DNA from: Roseibacillus sp.
GTDB lineage: Bacteria; Verrucomicrobiota; Verrucomicrobiia; Verrucomicrobiales; Akkermansiaceae
Assembly: GCA_051251855.1 (NCBI GenBank)
Contig: JBPOGI010000001.1
Coordinates: forward strand, 480,001-544,000
Length of the DNA: 64,000 nt
Reading direction: 5' to 3'
Positions 57,971 through 64,000 of this stretch are shown one piece after another (the stretch's first letter is position 1; every line of letters starts with the position of its first letter). Under the pieces are notes generated by a model. The model was not told where the DNA came from, did not search any database, and saw nothing but the letters and a program-made list of their open reading frames with translations. The position numbers and the translations under genes are program-made.

Positions 57971-58015
57971 CCCCCTAAACAGGGGGTTGTTAAGAATAAT
58001 TTGAGCAGCTAATTT
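57971..58015 (+). promoter_or_regulatory. Palindromic operator box plus sigma70 promoter for the PEP-CTERM gene
   Basis: CCCCCT-AAAC-AGGGGG (57971-57986) abutting TTGTTA-N17-TAATTT. Confidence 0.65.
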
Positions 58016-58077
58016 TGTCAAAGTTCAGTGGATTCTAAAGATTTCACCACTCAATAAATCCAAATACGAAAAATTAA

Positions 58078-58812
58078 ATGACCAAAGTTTTCACAACGTT
58101 AAGCGCAGGTGTACTGCTGGTAGGAACGTCCCATGCTGCCACGGTAAATCTTGATTTGCCTGCCGCTGGTAACTATTCCGCTACCGGAACCACCTCTACA
58201 ACCGAAACCATCAGTACTGCTGTCACAGCTTCGACAACAGTGACTATTGGCACCACCGGTTCTTTCGATATCCTTTACACCCTCGGTTCTATCGGTGGCG
58301 CAAATTCATTTGTTAATTCAACTGGAACTCAACTGGGAGTTGGATCTGACACGGATATTTCAAATCATTACAGTACTCTTGAGGCTAACGATAACGAGGG
58401 CATTTCGTTAGTGGGTCTCTCGGTTAACAATTTTGTCGCGGGCGACAGTGGATTTGTTGCCAGCGACATCACTGATCTGAGATTTACAGGTGCGTCATTT
58501 GGTAATGCTGGCAATGCTAGCGATGCCGTCCTTATTTCTTTCACAGACTTTGGAACTGCTACTGCCGCGCCCGTCCCCAATATCAACGATGGAGCTGCTG
58601 GAACTAAAGTTGTAGATTTAGCTGCATTGACTAATTACCCCGTTTCGCCAGCCCTCGCCACAGATCTGTATTTAGAGACCAGTGGCGCCAACTTCAGAAA
58701 TCGGTGGGACGTAAGGCAAATTCAAGTCGCCTATACTATTCCTGAGCCGAGCTCTTTCGCTCTACTTCTTGGTGGTCTTGGCACACTGGTGTTGCGCCGC
58801 CGCCGCGCCTAA
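58078..58812 (+). CDS. PEP-CTERM sorting-domain protein (Thr/Ser-rich)
   Basis: Signal peptide ending SHA; C-terminal IPEPSSFALLLGGLGTLVLRRRRA. Confidence 0.92.
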   Translation: MTKVFTTLSAGVLLVGTSHAATVNLDLPAAGNYSATGTTSTTETISTAVTASTTVTIGTTGSFDILYTLGSIGGANSFVNSTGTQLGVGSDTDISNHYSTLEANDNEGISLVGLSVNNFVAGDSGFVASDITDLRFTGASFGNAGNASDAVLISFTDFGTATAAPVPNINDGAAGTKVVDLAALTNYPVSPALATDLYLETSGANFRNRWDVRQIQVAYTIPEPSSFALLLGGLGTLVLRRRRA

Positions 58813-58839
58813 GCAGAATTCTGTTTTCGAAATTTAATG

Positions 58840-58880
58840 CGTGGGACGCGGTCGGAGAGGCCGTTGTCCCACGTTTTTTT
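58840..58880 (+). terminator. Intrinsic terminator
   Basis: cgtgggac...gtcccacg followed by ttttttt. Confidence 0.85.
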
Positions 58881-59502
58881 CTGCCTGCCTAGATCATGCT
58901 TCAATATAGCTGAAATCTCCTTCCCTACTCGTGCGCGCGATCTTGAATTGCCTTTGTGTCACCACCCTCATCTCCGAGGAGGGGCGGAACCGATGAACGT
59001 AGATCGTGACAAGCACCTAGTGCCCGTTGGAGACGGGAAGGTTGGGCAAGATAAGCCAGGGAGTGCAACTCGATGCTCTCGCTGAACCGTGGCAGGTAGC
59101 TGCGTTTGGGGCGTAGTGGCTCACCCCCGACAAGTTTGGAGGAATCTGTGAAAGCTTTTTCAGAGCATGAGGCGTCGGTAAAGGAGAGTTGGGATGTACG
59201 GGAGGCTTCCGTTGCCATGGTGTTTTCCCATAGTCCTGCCATTTTCACCGAGAGCTTTTCTGAAGGCTCGATTCACGGAGATTTTCCAACGCTAATCGGT
59301 TCGCCGATTCTCTCCGTGTTGATTCACACGGACGAAGTCGAAACTGCAGCGGTGATCGTCGTGGGGACAAGTGTTCCTTGGGAAATGTTGGCGGTGGGGG
59401 ATTAGGAGTCATCTTCTTGGTTCGAGGCCTTCGAGGTCAATTTGTAGTTTTTAAGAAGGAGAACGACAGAGATTTGGGGGGATTGCCCTAATTTAGCCCC
59501 TA

Positions 59503-59547
59503 CCGTCTAAACGGGGGGTGGACAGACTTTGAGAAACGGCTGAGACT
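59503..59547 (+). promoter_or_regulatory. Second copy of the operator box plus promoter
   Basis: CCGTCT-AAAC-GGGGGG (59503-59518) abutting TGGACA-N17-GAGACT. Confidence 0.55.
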
Positions 59548-59628
59548 GGTCTTTGGTCTCGATAGATTTGTAATTTTCTACTCTCTCAAAAGCACAGCAC
59601 CGCACGAGGCCACAATCCCCAAAAACCA

Positions 59629-62295
59629 ATGAACAAAAAAAACTTAGTATGTAAGGCAGCCTGCCTCCTTTTCATGGCCAATGCCCAAGCGGAGACTTTC
59701 ACTTGGGTCGGCTTAGGGGGAACCCGTTGGACATTTGCCGACAACTGGACCAATGAAATGGGAGTAGCCATGGCTCCGACGTTGTCCAATGAAACTGATT
59801 TAGTGTTTACGGACGGTCCTCGTGATACGGGGCTGACCCGAAATGATTATACGCTTCGCAGCATGACCTTTGACGGCACGATTGGGGTGGACGGCCATAC
59901 CATCAATATTTTTAGGTCTTCGACTTTTCTTCGCAGTTTGACCATGGAGTCGAGTACGGGAACGTCGACAATTACGGTCGATGCTGCTTCCTCTGGTGAC
60001 ATCAACATTACTAGCGGAAACACTGGGGCGAATGCGGGTCTCATTCGGCTGAACAATCCCTTGGATGTTGTCCACAATGGAACAGGAACTTTAGCTTTGA
60101 ATGCTATCATCACTCAGCAAACAGGCGAGGAAAACGGAATCACGTTTTCTGGAACTGGCTCCGTGACGATGAGTCAAGCCAATCTCTATACCGGAAATAC
60201 CGTCGTGGATGTAGCAGAGCTCACTGTCGCCGATGGTGGGGAATTTAAAATTGTTCCAGGAGCGAACGGCGTGACCAATTCGATCAGCGGATCGAGCGGT
60301 GCTTCTCTCCTTATGGATGGAGTGCTCAACTTTGATCTCAGCGGAGCTGATGCCACTATAGGCAACAGCTGGTTGGTGGTGGATGGGAGTAATCTCATGG
60401 TTGACTATGGGAATACCCTTCCTGTGAAGACTTTTAGTGTGACGAGTTCTCTTGGTGACTTTAGTGATGATGATCTGAATGGAATCTGGGAGTTGGGATT
60501 TGGAACGATTTCTTTCCAATTTAATGAGGCGACCGGAATGCTTACAGTCGAAGATGGGGGAATCCTTGGTTTTTGGACAGGGAGTATCAACAATGTCTGG
60601 GATGCTGCGACGACTGCCAACTGGTCCAATAACGCTCCAAGTGCTCCGTTAACGAGTGTGACCTTCGATGTCTCTACCGCGACGACTCAACTCGGGACCT
60701 TTGCCGACACCTACCCGAATAGTGGTCAAACACCAGTCACGCAGTCCATGATCGATATCGGGCTTGGTGGCGTGGGAACCAATCAACTCAATTTTGAGAA
60801 TGATACCGTTGATTATATTTTCACAAGTCCCGATGCGGAAGGGATTAATGGAACAACCTCAATTGCCCTTGAGGGAATGGGAGAGGTAACACTGCTGGGC
60901 ACTCATGCAACGACCGGGTCGGTCTCGGTTTCGACGGATAGCACTTTGAATTTGGGAGATGCGACCGCAGACGGTTCGGTGAGTGCGGCTCCGATTGTGA
61001 ATGATGGTGTCCTCAATTTTACCACGGCGGATTTGGTCTTTCAGGATGGAGCAGTCTCTGGCGCGGGCTCTCTAAGTCATCAAGGTTTGGGAGTAACGGT
61101 ATTGACTGAGGATTCTTCTTATTCTGGCGTGACCATCGTTGATGAAGGAACTTTGGCTCTAGAGGGTAATAGCTCTTCCCCTTCTTTCACGATTGCTGCT
61201 GATGCAGTTTTGGAATTGGCGTCTAATGTCACTCGCTTCTATCCTGTCGATATGACTTTTGCTGGCGAAGGAACAATCCTGAAGACGGGCACGGGTCAGG
61301 TTGGGTGGAATGCGACCGTGGGTACCTTTGCACTCGCTTCCGGTTCCTTGATCGATATTCAGGCAGGTCAGTTTCGAGGAGGAATCACTGGCGGAGCCGA
61401 TCCAGTTCCTCAGAATGAGGATTGGACCAATAATTTTTCTGATCTTAACGTAGCAGCTGGAGCTCTCTTCCGTGCGCGGGAAGGCAATGTGCGCATTGAC
61501 GAATTGCGAGGTGATGGATTGGTCACTACTGGGTTTGGTTCTGGTGGCTACATGCAGTTCACCATTGGGGTTGATAATGGATCGGCAGATTTTGCAGGTG
61601 AGATTGGTGATACCACGGCTAATCTGAGAGGCAATCTCACCAAGGTTGGAACAGGAACACAGACTCTTTCTGGCCTGAATACCTACTCCGGTGCGACCGT
61701 GATTGAAGAAGGAGTCATTACCGTTGCTGATGGTGGCCAGTTGACGATGAGGCCTTTGGCCGATGGCGTGAACAACGTCATTTCCGGAGGTGGTGCTGGC
61801 ACAGGCGTGCTGAACTTCGATGGCACACTCAACATCAGCTTGGCCGGCGTCGTTCCTGGTGGAACTTGGGTTCTCATCGATGATACTGCTCTCTCTCTGA
61901 ACTACGGAAGCACCTTCACCGTTTCGAGTGGAGGAGTTGCTTACACTTCTGATGGCGCTGCGCCAGGTTCGAGAGTTTGGACTCTTGAAGAGTTCGGAGA
62001 CACTTTCATCTACACCGAGGCGACTCGAACTCTGACCTCGATTGATGGTCCGGATCCTGTTGATTTCGTTGTTTGCGTTGAAAGTGATCCGAATGTTCCA
62101 GGAAACCTTCTCTTCACTTGGGAGGGTCAAGCTGGGACCACTTACAATATCCTCAGCGAGACCGATCTCAGTGTGTCTCCAGTCACTTCTTGGTCGATCT
62201 TCCAGAGTGATATTGTGGGAGTTGATGGCACAAATTCCCTGAGCGTCGCTCGTCCTGCTGATGCGGTGACATTTTTTGTTCTTACCGAGCAGTAG
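59629..62295 (+). CDS. Secreted protein with autotransporter-associated beta-strand (PATR) repeats, no beta-barrel
   Basis: Signal peptide; repeats ANLYTGNTVV, SSYSGVTIVDEGTL and LTKVGTGTQTLSGLNTYSGATVIEEG; ends ...TFFVLTEQ. Confidence 0.85.
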   Translation: MNKKNLVCKAACLLFMANAQAETFTWVGLGGTRWTFADNWTNEMGVAMAPTLSNETDLVFTDGPRDTGLTRNDYTLRSMTFDGTIGVDGHTINIFRSSTFLRSLTMESSTGTSTITVDAASSGDINITSGNTGANAGLIRLNNPLDVVHNGTGTLALNAIITQQTGEENGITFSGTGSVTMSQANLYTGNTVVDVAELTVADGGEFKIVPGANGVTNSISGSSGASLLMDGVLNFDLSGADATIGNSWLVVDGSNLMVDYGNTLPVKTFSVTSSLGDFSDDDLNGIWELGFGTISFQFNEATGMLTVEDGGILGFWTGSINNVWDAATTANWSNNAPSAPLTSVTFDVSTATTQLGTFADTYPNSGQTPVTQSMIDIGLGGVGTNQLNFENDTVDYIFTSPDAEGINGTTSIALEGMGEVTLLGTHATTGSVSVSTDSTLNLGDATADGSVSAAPIVNDGVLNFTTADLVFQDGAVSGAGSLSHQGLGVTVLTEDSSYSGVTIVDEGTLALEGNSSSPSFTIAADAVLELASNVTRFYPVDMTFAGEGTILKTGTGQVGWNATVGTFALASGSLIDIQAGQFRGGITGGADPVPQNEDWTNNFSDLNVAAGALFRAREGNVRIDELRGDGLVTTGFGSGGYMQFTIGVDNGSADFAGEIGDTTANLRGNLTKVGTGTQTLSGLNTYSGATVIEEGVITVADGGQLTMRPLADGVNNVISGGGAGTGVLNFDGTLNISLAGVVPGGTWVLIDDTALSLNYGSTFTVSSGGVAYTSDGAAPGSRVWTLEEFGDTFIYTEATRTLTSIDGPDPVDFVVCVESDPNVPGNLLFTWEGQAGTTYNILSETDLSVSPVTSWSIFQSDIVGVDGTNSLSVARPADAVTFFVLTEQ

Positions 62296-62475
62296 GAATA
62301 AGAAGCGCTTCTACGAAAGAGCAACTCGTGGAGAAATCGAAATCTGTCTCGTCAGAGTGCTGCGGCCCTGCGGGACAGATAATTTGAGAAATATGAAGGC
62401 TTAGAAGCCAGGCTAGGCAGAAGGGCTAGCTTTGCAGTGTTCAGAGTGCGCTTTCATCCAGACGAGAATAAAACC

Positions 62476-64000
62476 ATGAGTTGGATGTTTAAACCACTGA
62501 GCGCAGCCTTACTGATCTGCGGCAGCTCTTTGCCCCTCTTTGCAGATTACGAAAGCGATCGTGCTGAGGTTGCCGCTCTTGGGAATCTGACTTCGGCGCC
62601 AGCGATGTATGAAGTCGATACTAGTTCGACGATTTATCAATCCTCAGAGACCCTCGCGACTCTAACTCCTTCAAGCACGGAGCAGACTTTGGAGGGGTTC
62701 TTCTTTGATTCGGTGGATTATCGAGGAGACGCAACCCGAGTGTATGCTCTGGTGGGGATGCCTCAATGGGACCCGGCAACGGATGCTCCTTTGCCTGCAA
62801 TCGTTCTAGTCCATGGGGGCTCTGGCCAAGCCTATGAAACTTGGGCGAATTTGTGGGCTGAGAGAGGGTATGTGGCCATCGCTATCGATACCGAAGGGGC
62901 GTCCAATACGACCTCTCGTCATTCGAAAGGAGGGCCGAGACGAACGGGTGTTTTTCATGAATCGGAAGTCGTCATCGGAGACCAGTTTATGTTTCACGCG
63001 ACGGCGGCCTCGGTGGGAGCGAACTCTCTTTTGCGGAGTCTCCCTTTTGTCGACGAAACCAAAGTGGGAATCCATGGAGTTTCTTGGGGAGGGCTGATCA
63101 CTTCGACTGTGATGGGAGTCGATACCCGTTTTGCCTTTGCCATTCCCTCCTATGGGTGCGGTCACATGTGGGACGGAATCGGGAAGTGGCAAGAGGCCAT
63201 CTCTGACGCAGGGGGGACTGACTACTACAAGAACGTTTGGGATGCGATGCTTTGGCTGGAGGATGCGACTATGCCCATTATGTGGTTGTCGTGGCCGAAA
63301 GAGAACAACTTCAACATCGATTGCCAGGCGAATAGTTACAATCAAGCGCCCGGGACCCAAATGGTCTGCCTCATTCCCGGGATGCGGCATTCGCACGCAT
63401 TCACGTGGAGGAGGGCGGACTCTTATGACTTCGCTGATAGTATTGTCGGGAATAGCAGCGGTTCTACAGGGCTTGGTGCCAATCAACCTTGGTGTGTGGA
63501 GAAGAGTCAGAGTCTGGTCGGCGATCAAATCGTTGTGAAGTTTGAATCAACGAGGCCCTTGACGGGGGCAAACCTCATTTACACCAATGAGATGGGCTCG
63601 ACGACGTTCATGGCTTGGCCGGAAGTGAGCGTCGATGGCTTTGGTGAGACTTTTTCGGGTTCTGGTATTTGGGAAGTCAATGCGACGCTTCCGGCTGATG
63701 CCAACGGGTGGTTCGTGAACGTAACCGCCGATAGCTCTCTTCTTGAGACTGCCTATTTACCGGGCGAGACCGAATACTTCTCAGAGACCATCTATGTCAG
63801 TTCTCGTTTACAGGAAAGGGTTGAGGTTGTGCCGCCGAGTTCCCTTGATTTGGTTTTCTCAACGAATGATCCAAGCGTGCGTGGTGAGGTGAGCGTCGAC
63901 TTCACGGCAATTCACAACCTGGAGGTGACTGCTGTTGAGTTTGTGAACGAAAGCCATCCAGGGGCGTTCTCTACCGAAGAGTTGTTTGTCTTTGGACTGA
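62476..64000 (+). CDS. Secreted alpha/beta hydrolase (acetylxylan-esterase-like) with further C-terminal domains, cut by the window end
   Basis: Not in the track because it has no stop. Manual translation gives MSWMFKPLSAALLICGSSLPLFA...PAIVLVHGGSG...GIHGVSWGG...GMRHSH, and the frame stays open to 64000. Confidence 0.85.
   Translation, partial: MSWMFKPLSAALLICGSSLPLFADYESDRAEVAALGNLTSAPAMYEVDTSSTIYQSSETLATLTPSSTEQTLEGFFFDSVDYRGDATRVYALVGMPQWDPATDAPLPAIVLVHGGSGQAYETWANLWAERGYVAIAIDTEGASNTTSRHSKGGPRRTGVFHESEVVIGDQFMFHATAASVGANSLLRSLPFVDETKVGIHGVSWGGLITSTVMGVDTRFAFAIPSYGCGHMWDGIGKWQEAISDAGGTDYYKNVWDAMLWLEDATMPIMWLSWPKENNFNIDCQANSYNQAPGTQMVCLIPGMRHSHAFTWRRADSYDFADSIVGNSSGSTGLGANQPWCVEKSQSLVGDQIVVKFESTRPLTGANLIYTNEMGSTTFMAWPEVSVDGFGETFSGSGIWEVNATLPADANGWFVNVTADSSLLETAYLPGETEYFSETIYVSSRLQERVEVVPPSSLDLVFSTNDPSVRGEVSVDFTAIHNLEVTAVEFVNESHPGAFSTEELFVFGL

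Noticed and set aside
58881..59460. Short ORFs or a possible pseudogene between the PEP-CTERM terminator and the PATR promoter
   Set aside because: No frame gave recognisable homology by eye, so a pseudogene call cannot be supported without a translated search.
1..64000. CRISPR array, prophage, IS element or defence system
   Set aside because: No regularly spaced 25-45 nt repeats and no cas, transposase, integrase or phage genes were seen; the helicases look like housekeeping SF2 types.

Overview
This is a 64 kb bacterial chromosomal window, inferred to be from a Verrucomicrobiota (PVC) organism, possibly Roseibacillus/Rubritalea-like. That inference rests on PEP-CTERM proteins, DUF5722/DUF6797-like proteins, passenger-associated beta-strand repeats and Cys-type sulfatases. 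Positions 1-46.7 kb are mostly core or semi-core genes: rluD, three SF2 helicases, trpC, tRNA-Gly(GCC), rpoZ, smpB, rnhA, oppBC, an M48 peptidase, rpsP and rpmI-rplT. Mixed in are a 2027-aa transglutaminase-like/TPR protein, a tandem PEP-CTERM pair, a double protease/PDZ protein, a 1259-aa membrane coiled-coil protein and a three-gene type III PKS cluster. Positions 47.2-64 kb form a sulfated-glycan utilisation and surface-protein locus: two sulfatases, a blue-copper-domain protein, an atypical GH97, a histidine kinase plus NarL/LuxR regulator, a PEP-CTERM protein, a beta-repeat surface protein and a secreted esterase cut by the window end. The best non-obvious signals are: (i) a compact pseudoknot-type RNA between rpmI and rplT, a candidate new L20 autoregulatory leader; (ii) a 16-bp box abutting the -35 hexamer of two promoters next to the two-component system; (iii) REP-like palindromes, two of them translated in frame inside a helicase; (iv) recurring leaderless-type promoters; (v) a GH97 lacking the canonical catalytic residues. 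No CRISPR array, integrase or transposase was seen. All family assignments come from motif recognition by eye, not from database searches.
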